Assembly: GCA_963708135.1 (NCBI GenBank)
Contig: OY970192.1
Location: 3,360,001-3,424,000 of the forward strand
DNA: 64,000 bases
Source: an uncultured Gemmatimonadales bacterium
GTDB taxonomy: Bacteria > Gemmatimonadota > Gemmatimonadetes > Longimicrobiales > RSA9
Reading direction: 5' to 3'
Part shown: positions 39,737 to 49,381 of the stretch, piece by piece
Numbering within the stretch: the first letter of the stretch is position 1
Layout of the letters: each line of letters begins with the position of its first letter
The notes under the pieces: model-generated
Databases searched by the model: none
What the model saw: only the letters and a program-made list of their open reading frames with translations
What the model was told of the DNA's origin: nothing
Position numbers and translations under genes: made by a program

Positions 39737-40449
39737 GCCCCGTCGCCTGGCGGGCGAAAGCGGTAGCCGAAGCCGCGCACCGTCTCGATCAGGGCGGCGC
39801 TCTCCCCGAGCTTCGAGCGGAGCCGTTGCACGTGCATGTCGACCGTCCGTGTCTCGATCCTGGCGTGGATGTCCCACGCCGACTCCAGCAGCTGCTGCCG
39901 GCTCTGCACCCTGCCACGCCGCTCCATCAGCGTGACCAGCAGCCGGAACTCCGTCGGCGTCAGGTCGAGCTCCCTGCCCGCCACCGTGGCGCGCATCGCG
40001 TTCAGGTCCACCGCCACCGCGCCCGCGCGGAGCACCCGCCCCGAGCCCGGGACCGGCGGCGCCTGCGCCCGCCGGAGCACCGCCGCCACCCGCAGCACCA
40101 GCTCGCGCGGGCTGAACGGCTTGGTCAGATAGTCGTCCGCGCCGAGCTCCAGCCCCCTGATCCGGTCCGCCTCGTCGCGCCGCGCCGTCAGCACCACCAC
40201 CGGCACCTCCGCGCTCTCAGAGCGCCGCCGCAGCTCCGTCAGCACCTCGAACCCGCCGAACCCCGGCAGCATGAGGTCCAGCAGGATCAGGTCCGGCCGC
40301 TCGTGGGACACCGCCTCCAGCGCCTCCGCACCGCCCCCGGCCGTCCGTACCCGGTACCCTTCCTTCGTCAGGTGGAAGGCGACGAGGGCCGCGATGTCCC
40401 GCTCGTCCTCGACCACCAGCACCTTCGGCGACTTCGCCCCGGTTTCCAT
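39733..40449 (-). CDS. phoB: OmpR-family response regulator, PhoB-like
   Basis: VVEDE, LDLMLP, GADDYLTKPF, LTPTEF, RTVDMHV, ETVRGFGY. Confidence 0.88.
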   Translation of the reverse strand: METGAKSPKVLVVEDERDIAALVAFHLTKEGYRVRTAGGGAEALEAVSHERPDLILLDLMLPGFGGFEVLTELRRRSESAEVPVVVLTARRDEADRIRGLELGADDYLTKPFSPRELVLRVAAVLRRAQAPPVPGSGRVLRAGAVAVDLNAMRATVAGRELDLTPTEFRLLVTLMERRGRVQSRQQLLESAWDIHARIETRTVDMHVQRLRSKLGESAALIETVRGFGYRFRPPGDGA

Positions 40450-40558
40450 TTTCGCTCCTGAGTACCCTCCAGTCCGCCGCCCGCTCCCCCCCGGCCCGCC
40501 GCGCGCGTACACCGACTTCCGTACGGTGGAAGCATTACCGCGCCGGCGTCAAGCATTC

Positions 40559-40585
40559 GTCATGACGAGGTAACGGTTGGATCAC
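40559..40585 (-). promoter_or_regulatory. Candidate Pho box upstream of phoB
   Basis: Sense-strand GTGAT-N6-GTTAC-N6-ATGAC, 11-bp period. Confidence 0.55.
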
Positions 40586-40597
40586 GGAGGACGACGG

Positions 40598-40790
40598 ACG
40601 GGCACGGGCACGGGCAGGGGCACGTTCATGTCCACGTTGACGGGCACGGGCACGGGCACGGGGGCGGGCATCAACTGAAGGCAGACACGGAAGGCAGGGG
40701 GCAGGTTCAAGGGCAGGTTCAAGGGCAGGTTCAAGGGCAGGTTCAAGGGCAGGTTCAAGGGCAGGTTCAAAGGCACGTTCAGGTTTACGG
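40598..40790. repeat. GGGCAC hexamers plus (GGGCAGGTTCAA)x6 dodecamer tandem repeat
   Basis: Visible; the 12-mer array spans about 40699-40782. Confidence 0.95.
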
Positions 40791-40888
40791 GCAGGGATGG
40801 CGTGGCGTTACGGGGAATTTACGGGGGCGTCGCGGGGGAGTTGCGGGAGCGGGCGAGGTTTCCGGTGGACCCGGATGGAGGCGACCGG

Positions 40889-41404
40889 ATGATGACCCTG
40901 CTCCTGTTCCTCGGCGCCCACGACGAACGCGCACTGCACGCCCTGGTGCTGCGGCGGCGGCCCTGGCTCGACCGCGTGGTGCGCGCCGGGACCCACCTGG
41001 GGGACGCCGCCGTTACGATCCCGGCGGCGCTCGCGCTGCTTGCCAACCCGGCATGGCGCGCCGCGGGCGTGCCGGCGGCGCTCGCGCTCGCCGTTTCCCA
41101 CGCGCTGGTGCAACTCCTCAAGCGCACGGTCACGCGCCCCCGCCCCCGCCTCCCCGTCGGCATCGCCTCGCTGATCGAGCCGCCGGACCGCTTCAGCTTC
41201 CCCTCCGGCCACGCGGCCGCCGCCCTCTCGCTCGCCCTCCCCCTGGCCGCCCGGCTGCCGCTCCCCGCCGCCGTCGCCGTCCTCGTGCTCGGCCTGGCCG
41301 TCGGCCTCTCGCGCTGCTACCTCGGCGTCCACTATCCCGGCGACGTCCTCGCCGGATGGCTCCTCTCCGCCGCCGCCCTCCTCGCCGGCTCCCTGCTCCA
41401 CTGA
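40889..41404 (+). CDS. PAP2 family phosphatase
   Basis: KRTVTRPRP, SFPSGH, SRCYLGVHYPGDV. Confidence 0.93.
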   Translation: MMTLLLFLGAHDERALHALVLRRRPWLDRVVRAGTHLGDAAVTIPAALALLANPAWRAAGVPAALALAVSHALVQLLKRTVTRPRPRLPVGIASLIEPPDRFSFPSGHAAAALSLALPLAARLPLPAAVAVLVLGLAVGLSRCYLGVHYPGDVLAGWLLSAAALLAGSLLH

Positions 41405-41444
41405 TCCAGCCCCGAGTCCCGAACGCCGAGCCCGGAGCCCGCCC

Positions 41445-42296
41445 CTATCCCACCGCCCTCCCCCGCACCGCCGTCCACGACAGCGCCCGCACCGGCTCTC
41501 CCGTGTCCAGGTCCCTGTTCGGCAGCGTGTCGAGCCCGGCAGCCGCGTGGTGCGCCAGCAGCTCGGGGAAGGCGCGCAGATGGGCCGAGACGGCGGCGGC
41601 GAGACGTGGAGATGGTCGTACCGGGCCGAGGACGACGCGGACCAGGCGGGGCACCTTGCGCCCCGGCCAGGCCGGCGGCGGCGCTCCCGTCGCCAGGCGG
41701 CGCTCGAGCAGCAGCACGGGCCGGATGCAGCGGGCCAGTGAGCGTCCCGCGGCGAGGATCGTGCGCGCCGCGATGCGGAGGGCATAGACGTCGCGGAGCA
41801 CCGCGGCGAGGAAGCGGGCCTCGAGGCTGCCGAACCGCGCTCCGGCGGCGGCCCGGCCGAGTGCGCCCGTCCCCGCCACGTAGCCGACCTCCAGCCCCAG
41901 CTCGACGCGCAGGTGGGCATCCTCGAAGGCGTGGGGGTCCGGCGGCACCCGGGCTTCGGCGCGGAGCAGCGCACGAGCGTCGGCGTTGACCACCGGGTGC
42001 AGCGCGCCGTCCACGAGCACGTGCGTGAGCCAGCCCCAGGCGTAGCCGCGCTGGACGTCGGTGCGCGCGCCATCGATGAGCGCGCGGCACAGGTCGCCGC
42101 TGTGGTGGGTGTGGACGAGATCGGAGAGAAAGTGCGCGCCGCCTGGATAGAGCCCCATGTCCGGGGCAAGGGCGCCGAAGAGGAACGCCCGCACCGCCCG
42201 CTCGTCGCCCGCGGCGAACGGCGCCGCGCGACCGCCGGCGCGCCACGCCTCCAGCAGCGCGGCCGCGTGGTGGAGGTGGACGGCGATCCCGGGCAA
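41445..42296 (-). CDS. Zinc-dependent phospholipase C family protein
   Basis: N-terminal PGIAVH, FLFGALAPD, SDLVH, GWLTHVLVD..HP, HLRVE; TTG start. Confidence 0.8.
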   Translation of the reverse strand: MPGIAVHLHHAAALLEAWRAGGRAAPFAAGDERAVRAFLFGALAPDMGLYPGGAHFLSDLVHTHHSGDLCRALIDGARTDVQRGYAWGWLTHVLVDGALHPVVNADARALLRAEARVPPDPHAFEDAHLRVELGLEVGYVAGTGALGRAAAGARFGSLEARFLAAVLRDVYALRIAARTILAAGRSLARCIRPVLLLERRLATGAPPPAWPGRKVPRLVRVVLGPVRPSPRLAAAVSAHLRAFPELLAHHAAAGLDTLPNRDLDTGEPVRALSWTAVRGRAVG

Positions 42297-42303
42297 GCGC
42301 GCC

Positions 42304-43425
42304 TCAGGCGGCGACGGCGCGATCCGCGCGCGCCCGCACAAGGCGCGCGACCGCGACCGCCGCGTCCGCCCGTCCGAGCGCGGCGGCGCGGGCCGCGAGC
42401 GCCCGGCCCGGCGCCGGCTCGGCGAAGAAGCGCCGGAGCATCGCCCGCAGCATGTCGCCATCCGGGGCGGCGATGGCCGCACCGGCGCCGATGAGGACCG
42501 CCGCATTGCCCTCCTCGTGGCCGGGCACGCCGCGGGTCAGGATCAGCGGCGTGCCGACCGCCAGCGCCTCGCTCGTGGTGAGGCCGCCGGGCTTGGTCAC
42601 GACCACGTCCGCGGCGCGCATGAGCCGGTCGATGTCCTTCACGTACCCGAGCGGCGTCAGCGCCGGGCCGGCCCGGCGCGCGACCAGCCGCCGCCGGGCC
42701 GCATCGTTGCGGCCGCACACCGCCAGCACCCGCAGCCCGGGCACGCCGGAGGCGAGGGCCGCGTCCACGGCCTCCTCGACGGCGAAGCCGAGGCCGCCTC
42801 CCATGACGAGCGCCACGGGCCCGCGCCGCTCGAGGCCCAGAGCCCGCCGGGCCGACTCCCGGTCCGGACTCGCCGCGAACCGCGCGGAAAGCGGGATCCC
42901 GGTGACGTCCACGCTGGCCGCCACGCCCCGCGCCCGGAGCTCCCGCGCCAGCGCCGGCAGCGCGACGAAGTACTGCGCCACGCCCCGCTGCACCCAGTAG
43001 CGGTGCAGCGTGAGATCCGTGACCACCAGCGAGAACGGAGGCATTCCCGGCCGCCCGGCACCGAGCTGGCACGGCAGGAAGTGCGTGCACACCACTGCCT
43101 CCCAGCGGCCCGAGCGGACCAGCCGCCGGAAGCGCCGGAACAGCACCCGCTGCGCCACCCCGCCCCAGGCGGCCGTGTCCGGCCCGCGGCCGTCCGTGCA
43201 CGCGTAGATCTCCGCCCAGAGCCCCGGCGCCCGCGCCGCAATCAACTCGTAGCCGCCGCCGTACGCCGCCGCCAGCCAGCGCGGCGCGAGGGCCAGTATG
43301 TCCACGTGCTCCACCGGCCGCCCCGGCGACTCCGCCGCGAACGCCTCCCGCAGCGCCTCGCCCGCCCGCACGTGCCCGGTGCCCGCGCTGCCCGAAACAA
43401 TGAGGATGCCTCGATCGGCCGTCAT
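42304..43425 (-). CDS. MGDG synthase/UgtP-like diacylglycerol glycosyltransferase (GT28)
   Basis: GTGHVRA, VCTHF, VVTD, TGIP, MGGGLG, CGRN, TKPGGLTTSE, PGHEEGNA. Confidence 0.9.
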   Translation of the reverse strand: MTADRGILIVSGSAGTGHVRAGEALREAFAAESPGRPVEHVDILALAPRWLAAAYGGGYELIAARAPGLWAEIYACTDGRGPDTAAWGGVAQRVLFRRFRRLVRSGRWEAVVCTHFLPCQLGAGRPGMPPFSLVVTDLTLHRYWVQRGVAQYFVALPALARELRARGVAASVDVTGIPLSARFAASPDRESARRALGLERRGPVALVMGGGLGFAVEEAVDAALASGVPGLRVLAVCGRNDAARRRLVARRAGPALTPLGYVKDIDRLMRAADVVVTKPGGLTTSEALAVGTPLILTRGVPGHEEGNAAVLIGAGAAIAAPDGDMLRAMLRRFFAEPAPGRALAARAAALGRADAAVAVARLVRARADRAVAA

Positions 43426-43471
43426 GGTCGCCTCCCCGGCTCCCGGTTCGTCCGCAATCTCGCCGGCGGCC

Positions 43472-43498
43472 ATCACGGACGGGTCACGGTGCGGTAAA
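43472..43498 (-). promoter_or_regulatory. Candidate Pho box upstream of the glycosyltransferase
   Basis: Sense-strand TTTAC-N6-GTGAC-N6-GTGAT, 11-bp period. Confidence 0.55.
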
Positions 43499-43638
43499 AC
43501 GTTGCGCGGTCGAGCGGAAACGATCCCCCGAACCCCTGGCTCCCACCCGCCCCTCCGCTTACCTTGCCGCCGCCGCACGCGCCGCGGCCCGCGGGCGCCG
43601 CGCCCCGGTTCGCCCCCGCCACGGAGCCTCAGGCGACG

Positions 43639-44091
43639 ATGCTGCCGCACGCCTTCTTCCTCCTCGGCCTGCTCGCCACCTCCGCGGCCTTCGCGCTCCT
43701 CGAGATCCAGATCGAGGACGGCCACGGCTGGGCCGGCGCGCTGCCGACCTGGCGCTTCGAGAACCGCTGGACCCGCCGCTTCCTCGGCGCCCGCCCGATC
43801 ACGGGCTACCACCTCTTCATGCACGTCCTCGTGCTGCTCCTCGCGCACCTCGCCTACTTCGTGGGCGTGCGGCCGATGCTCCGGCTCGAGGCGCGGATCC
43901 TCGCCTTCGTCATCCTGTTCTGGATCCTCGAGGACTTCCTCTGGTTCATCTTCAACCCCGCCTGGGGGCTGCGCCGATTCCGCCGCGCCGAGATCCCCTG
44001 GCACGCCCGCTCCTGGTGGTGGATCATGCCCCGGGATTACTGGATCTTCCTACCCGTGGCGGGGCTGCTGTACTGGCTCGGCTGGCGGTGA
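43639..44091 (+). CDS. Hypothetical membrane protein
   Basis: EIQIEDGHGWA..LPTW, TGYH, EDFLWF; about 4 TM segments; GC3-rich. Confidence 0.8.
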   Translation: MLPHAFFLLGLLATSAAFALLEIQIEDGHGWAGALPTWRFENRWTRRFLGARPITGYHLFMHVLVLLLAHLAYFVGVRPMLRLEARILAFVILFWILEDFLWFIFNPAWGLRRFRRAEIPWHARSWWWIMPRDYWIFLPVAGLLYWLGWR

Positions 44092-44172
44092 GGGAGGGAG
44101 AGGGGGAGGGGGAGGGGGAGGGTGGGGATGCGGATTGGGGTGAGTACAGGGTGAGGGTGAGGGCGAGGGGGG
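44090..44172. repeat. GGGGGA/GGGTGA hexamer tract between convergent genes
   Basis: Visible tandem units. Confidence 0.8.
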
Positions 44173-44175
44173 GAC

Positions 44176-44586
44176 TCAGCTCACACGCGCGGCCGCCAGC
44201 ACGCGCTTCCACTGCTCGTCGGTGACGGGCTGCACGGCCACGCGCGGCATGCGGACGAAGCTCATCTGCGCGAGCTCGGGATCGGCCTTGAGCTCGGCGA
44301 GCGGGAGCGGACGGGGAAGGGCGGCCTCGGGCACGAGGTCCACGACCGCGCGGTCGGGGGCGGTGGGGTCGGGGTAGGGGCCGCGGGCGACGGTGGCGGT
44401 GCCGACGAGCGCCTTGTCGGGGGCGGTGTGGTAGAGGAGGACGGCGTCGCCTTCCTCGACCTTGCGCAGGTTCCGTTGCGCGGCGCTTCCGGCGATGCCG
44501 TCCCAGACGGCGCGCTTCTCCCGGACGAGCTCGGCCCAGCCGTAGCTCTTCGGGTCGGCGAGGAAGACCCAGCGCTGCGCGGCCAT
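44176..44586 (-). CDS. EVE domain-containing protein
   Basis: WDGI...AQRNLR...GDAVLLYHT...YPDPT...RMPRVAVQPV; TGATG overlap. Confidence 0.85.
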   Translation of the reverse strand: MAAQRWVFLADPKSYGWAELVREKRAVWDGIAGSAAQRNLRKVEEGDAVLLYHTAPDKALVGTATVARGPYPDPTAPDRAVVDLVPEAALPRPLPLAELKADPELAQMSFVRMPRVAVQPVTDEQWKRVLAAARVS

Positions 44587-45920
44587 CAGGGGGCGCCCGC
44601 GGGGGTGGAGGGCGAGTGCGTCGCGGCGCCGTCGCCGTCGCCCCGCGCGACCTCTCCGTCGCGCCCGGCTCCGTTGCCCGCCCCTTCCGCGTACTCCGCG
44701 CAGCAGGCGCGGACCTCGGCGTCGCTGAGCACGTGGTCGGTGCGCTTGGCGAGGTCGAACACGTGCTGGCAGAGGCCCTCGTCCGCGGCATCGAAGCCGT
44801 GCTCGGCGAGCCAGTGCTTGACGTTGGACATGCCGCTCACGTGGCTGATCTCGATGACCTGCCGGCGGCCGAAGAACGCGGCGGGCACGCCGGAGTAGAC
44901 GCGGTCGGCCAGCCACTCGTCGCCCTTCTGGCGCGCCTTGATGATGGCGGCGGCATGGACGCCGGTGCCGGTGCGGAACGCGTCCGCGCCGATGACGGAG
45001 TAGCTCGGCGCGATCGGCACGCCGGTGGCGCGGGAGACGGCCTCGCAGTAGTCGGAGAGGCGCGCCAGGTCGTGGTCGTGGATGCCGAGCAGCTTGAGGT
45101 TCACGAGCAGCACGTCCATCTCGGTGTTGCCGACCCGCTCGCCGATGCCGAGCGCCGTGCCGTGCACGCGCTGGGCGCCCGCCTCGATGGCAGCCAGCGT
45201 GTTGGCGAGGCCGAGGCCGCGGTCGCGGTGGCCGTGCCAGTCGATCCCGACGTCCTTCCCGGTCGGCGCGACGATCTCCTCGCGCACGAACCGGACGAGC
45301 TGCCGGACGCCCTCCGGGATGGCGTGGCCGACCGTGTCGGCGATGCAGATGCGCCGGGCGCCGCACTCGATGGCCAGCGTGTAGAGCCGCTTCAGCACCT
45401 CCGGCCGCGCGCGCGTCGTGTCCTCCGTGACGTACATCACCGGCAGCCCCTCGGCGGTCGCGAAGGTGACCGCGTCCTCCGTCGCCTGGAGCATCCGGTC
45501 CAGCGTCCAGCCTTCGGCGTACTGGCGGATCGGCGACGAACCGATGAACGTACAGGCCTCGATCGGGATGCCGGTCTCCTGCGAGATGCGGGCGATCGGC
45601 TCCACGTCGGCGCGAACCGTGCGGGCCGCGCAGTTGGCGCCGATCGGCAGCCGGTTGCCAGCGATCTCCCGCGCCAGCGCCCGCACATCCGCGACGGCGC
45701 GCGGCCCCGCGCCGGGCAGCCCGATGTCCGCCGTGTGGATGCCGAGCGCGACCATGAGGTTGAGGATCTCGAGCTTGGCCTCGATCGGCGGGTCGAGCAC
45801 CGACGGCGACTGCATCCCGTCGCGCAGCGTCTCGTCGTCCAGCTCGATCCGCCCGACGCGCGTGTAGTCGAACGCGCCGGGCGCGCTGTTCCAGTCGTAG
45901 ATCAGATCGTCGTGCTGCAT
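44586..45920 (-). CDS. LeuA-family (DRE-TIM) synthase lacking the C-terminal regulatory domain
   Basis: DETLRDGMQ, ADTVG, HGHRDRG, GIGERVGN. Confidence 0.88.
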   Translation of the reverse strand: MQHDDLIYDWNSAPGAFDYTRVGRIELDDETLRDGMQSPSVLDPPIEAKLEILNLMVALGIHTADIGLPGAGPRAVADVRALAREIAGNRLPIGANCAARTVRADVEPIARISQETGIPIEACTFIGSSPIRQYAEGWTLDRMLQATEDAVTFATAEGLPVMYVTEDTTRARPEVLKRLYTLAIECGARRICIADTVGHAIPEGVRQLVRFVREEIVAPTGKDVGIDWHGHRDRGLGLANTLAAIEAGAQRVHGTALGIGERVGNTEMDVLLVNLKLLGIHDHDLARLSDYCEAVSRATGVPIAPSYSVIGADAFRTGTGVHAAAIIKARQKGDEWLADRVYSGVPAAFFGRRQVIEISHVSGMSNVKHWLAEHGFDAADEGLCQHVFDLAKRTDHVLSDAEVRACCAEYAEGAGNGAGRDGEVARGDGDGAATHSPSTPAGAP

Positions 45921-46062
45921 GGCAGGCGGCTCCTGGAGGGGCGGGCATCGCCTTCGAAAGATGACCGGCGGCGCGTTACCTTGTCAAACGGGCGAGGCGC
46001 CTTTCGCGCCGCGGGAGCGACCCGCGGCCTGGGCGCCGCCCGCCGCCGGGAAAGGGATCGGG

Positions 46063-47304
46063 ATGAGCTCAGTCAGGGATCGGAGGCCGGACGCGAACCC
46101 CCTGGCCGCCCTCGAGGCGGACCCCGCCGTGGCGGAGGCCCGGCGCCTGGCGCACGCCGGCGACGAGGAGACGCTCGCCGACATGCTCGAGCTCGTGGCC
46201 ATCCCCGCGCCGCCCTTCGGCGAGGAGGAGCGCGGCCGCCGGCTGGCGGAGCGGTTCCGCGAGATCGGCCTGCTGGACGTCGTGACCGACGCCGTTGGCA
46301 ACGTGCTCGGCCGCCTGCCGGGGCCCGCCTCCGGCGAGGCCAGCCCCGTCCTGCTCGCCGCTCACCTCGACACCGTCTTCCCGGAGGAAACCCCGATCCG
46401 CGTGCGCCGCGAGGGCGGGCGCATCCTGGCGCCCGGCATCTCCGACAACTGCCGCGGGCTGGCCGCCATGCTCGCCGTCGGCCGTGCCATGACCGGCGCC
46501 GCCCTCGCGCCGGCGCGCCCGGTCGTGCTCGTTGGCACCGTGGGCGAGGAGGGCGTCGGCGACCTGCGCGGCGTGAAGCACCTCTTCCGCGAGGGCGCGC
46601 CGTGGCGGCGGGCCGAGGCGTTCATCAGCCTCGACGGCACGGGGCTCAGGCGCATCGTCAGCCGCGCCATCGCCTCGCGGCGCCTGCGCGTCGTGATCCG
46701 CGGACCGGGCGGCCACTCCTGGGCCGACTACGGCCTGGCCAACCCGATCCACGCGCTCGCGCTCACCGCCGCGGAGATCGCCCGCACCAGCGTGCCGCAC
46801 CGGCCGCGCACCTCCCTCACCATCGGCCGCATTGGCGGCGGCACGAGCGTCAACGCCATCCCCGACGAGGCCTGGTGCGAGATCGACATCCGCAGCGAGG
46901 GCCCCGCCCCGATCGACACCCTCGAGGCGCGCATCCGCGACGCTCTCTCCTCCGCGCTCTCCGAGGCCGACGCGCACCGCCGCAGGGGCACGCCCGTGCT
47001 CGAGCCGGACGTCGAGCTGATCGGCGACCGGCCCGGCGGCGAGACACCCGCGGACTCCCCGCTGCTCGCCACCGCCCGCGCCGCCACCCTGCTCGTCGGC
47101 GAGTCCACCGAGCTTGTCGGCTCCTCGACCGACGCGAACCTGCCGATCGCGCTCGGCATCCCGGCCATCGCCATGGGCGCCGGCGGGGAAGCGGGCGGCA
47201 CGCACACCACCGAGGAGTGGTACAGCAACGAGAAGGGCCCAGAGGGCGTGGAGCGGGCGCTGCTCACCGTGCTGGGGGTGGCGGGGCTGGCCGGGGCGGG
47301 GTGA
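46063..47304 (+). CDS. M20/M25/M40 family metallohydrolase
   Basis: AHLDTVF, APGISD, GEEG, GGHSW, SSTDAN, HTTEEW. Confidence 0.9.
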   Translation: MSSVRDRRPDANPLAALEADPAVAEARRLAHAGDEETLADMLELVAIPAPPFGEEERGRRLAERFREIGLLDVVTDAVGNVLGRLPGPASGEASPVLLAAHLDTVFPEETPIRVRREGGRILAPGISDNCRGLAAMLAVGRAMTGAALAPARPVVLVGTVGEEGVGDLRGVKHLFREGAPWRRAEAFISLDGTGLRRIVSRAIASRRLRVVIRGPGGHSWADYGLANPIHALALTAAEIARTSVPHRPRTSLTIGRIGGGTSVNAIPDEAWCEIDIRSEGPAPIDTLEARIRDALSSALSEADAHRRRGTPVLEPDVELIGDRPGGETPADSPLLATARAATLLVGESTELVGSSTDANLPIALGIPAIAMGAGGEAGGTHTTEEWYSNEKGPEGVERALLTVLGVAGLAGAG

Positions 47305-47425
47305 GCGGTCGCCGCCCGCGGCCGCGAGGGGCGCAGCCGGTAGCCCGCGCCCGGGACCGACCGGACGCCGCCACCCCCGCGCCGGCGGCCCGCGGCGCGC
47401 CGGCAACGGGCGGCGGAAGCGTCGC

Positions 47426-48166
47426 CTACCGCCCCTCGACGTGCAGCAGCGCGGTCCGGCGCGTGAGGAACACGGCCGCCAGGAACAGGACGAGGCCGGC
47501 CAGGAAGAAGGCGGTCCAGCCCGGGTGCGGCGAGATCCGGCCGTCGAGGAAGAGGTCGCGGGCATAGACGGCGACGGTGAAGGTGGCCACGGCCGCGAAG
47601 AAGCTCGAGTGCTCGCGCCGGATCACGACGCGCCAGGAGAGCGGCAGCTCGGGCCGCGTCCAGCGCGAGAAGTCCGGCAGGAACGCGGGCGTCCGCTCGG
47701 CCCAGCGCTCGTACGCCTCCCCGAAGCTGCGCCGCAGGTACTCCTCCTCGGCGTACATGATCCGCTCGTAGTAGATCCAGAAGACGAGGATCACGATCAG
47801 CTCGAAGCGCCAGGAGCGGACCCACGCGGCGATCCCCGCCCAGAGCAGGAAGTTGCCGAGGTAGAGCGGGTGCCGGACCACGGAGTAGAAGCCGGTCTGG
47901 TTGATGGACCCGCCGCCGGGCGCGCGCGTCTGCCGGGCGGAGGTCCCGGCGGGCACGTGGCCCACGGCGTGGGCGCGGATGAGGAGCCCGAGGAACGCCA
48001 GCAGCAGGCAGAAGCCGGACCAGGCGGCCTCCGCCCACGGCGCGAGCCGCGCCGGCGGCGCCAGCCACAGCTCGACGAGCATCAGCGCGATCAGCAGCAG
48101 CGGGAAATGGCTCCGCTGCTTGAAGAGCCAGGCTCCGCTCCGCTCCCATTCCTCGCGCAGCGGCAC
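47426..48166 (-). CDS. ICMT/PEMT-family methyltransferase, LmtA (lipid A 1-phosphate methyltransferase)-like
   Basis: LREEWERSGAWLF, GTS, YSVVRHPLYLGN, YYERIMYAEEEYL; GTG start. Confidence 0.8.
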   Translation of the reverse strand: MPLREEWERSGAWLFKQRSHFPLLLIALMLVELWLAPPARLAPWAEAAWSGFCLLLAFLGLLIRAHAVGHVPAGTSARQTRAPGGGSINQTGFYSVVRHPLYLGNFLLWAGIAAWVRSWRFELIVILVFWIYYERIMYAEEEYLRRSFGEAYERWAERTPAFLPDFSRWTRPELPLSWRVVIRREHSSFFAAVATFTVAVYARDLFLDGRISPHPGWTAFFLAGLVLFLAAVFLTRRTALLHVEGR

Positions 48167-48174
48167 GCGGCCTA

Positions 48175-49381
48175 GTACCGCGCCACAGTGGTCATGATGC
48201 GTAAAGGCGGTGGAGCTTGGATCGCGCATCGGAGACAGTGAAACGCCAGGTGGTGGGAGCTCGGACGGCGTTGCGGGGGGTCTCCCAGGCGAGGGTCTCG
48301 GCCCGCAGCCGGTTGACGTTGTCAAGGCGGCGGTGCAGGCACTGGCGACCGAGGATCGAGATCTCGATTTCGGCCATGTTGAGCCAGCTCCCGTGCTTGG
48401 GCGTGTAATGGAACTCGAGCTTGCGCAGGATACGGCGCGCTTCGGCGGCCTCGAAGGTCTCGTACAGGGCTGCGCCCGTGTGGCTGCTCAGGTTGTCGAG
48501 CACGACGCGGATCTTGTCGGCGTCCGCGCAATGCACGTCGACCAGTGCGCGCATCTGCTGGGCGAAGTCCGCATTCGTGCGACGGGCGGTGACGTCCACA
48601 TGCCGCCAGCCTCGCAGCGGCTCCACGAGCAGGAAGAGGTTGGCGGTCCCGCGGCGCACGTACTCGTAGTCGACGCGTTGGCGCCGACCCGGAGCGGCCG
48701 GCACCGGCAGGCGGGTTTCCCCGATGAGCTGGTAGGGCACTTCATCGAAGCACACCACCGGGCGCCGGGGGTCGTAGGGCTCCTGGTAGAGGTCGAGCAC
48801 GTCCTCCATGCGGCAGACGAAGTCCCAACTCACCGTCGGGATGCACCACGCTTCCTTCTGCCAGGGCTTCAGGTCGTTTTTTTTAGAAGCCGTCGGACCG
48901 TCTCGTCCGTGATCGCGTCCACCACACGCAACTCGATCAGCTTGTCGGCCAGGAGCTGCATGGTCCAGCGCACGCGCCCCTCCGGAGGCGCGCTGCACGC
49001 CAGCGCGACCAGGAAGGCTTCCTGCTTGCCGTCCAGCAGCCGGGCTTTGCCCGGCCGAGGCCGATCGTTGAGCGCCCGCTCCAAACCGCCCTCGACGAAG
49101 CGCAGCCGCGTGCGCTCCACCGTGCACTTCCCCAGGTGCAGCGCGGCCGCAATCGCCTTGTCGGTCACGCCCTCGTCGGCCAGCAACAGGATGCGCGCGC
49201 GGTTCACCCGGCGCACCCGCGCCTTGCCGCCCTGGAGCAGGCGCTTGAGTTCGGCCCGCTCGTCGTCCGTGAGGTCCACGATATACTTCTTGGCCATCTG
49301 CCCTCCTCGCTGGGGGTCCGACAGAATGGGCCAACAATATAGCACGGAACTTTAGTCCTCACAATCATGATGGCTGAGTAC
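48175..49381 (-). mobile_element. IS630-family insertion sequence
   Basis: Duplicated TA (48173-74, 49382-83) within CTAG; imperfect terminal inverted repeats GTAC...GCCA; transposase inside. Confidence 0.92.
48192..49297 (-). CDS. IS630 transposase, two ORFs joined by a -1 frameshift at A8 (48877-48884)
   Basis: HTH ORF ending LLKKTT; DDE ORF with CFDE, VLDNL, SWLNMAEIE. Confidence 0.93.

Noticed and set aside
48869..48884. IS630 transposase as a pseudogene
   Set aside because: A split at an A-run is the usual programmed frameshift arrangement in IS630 elements
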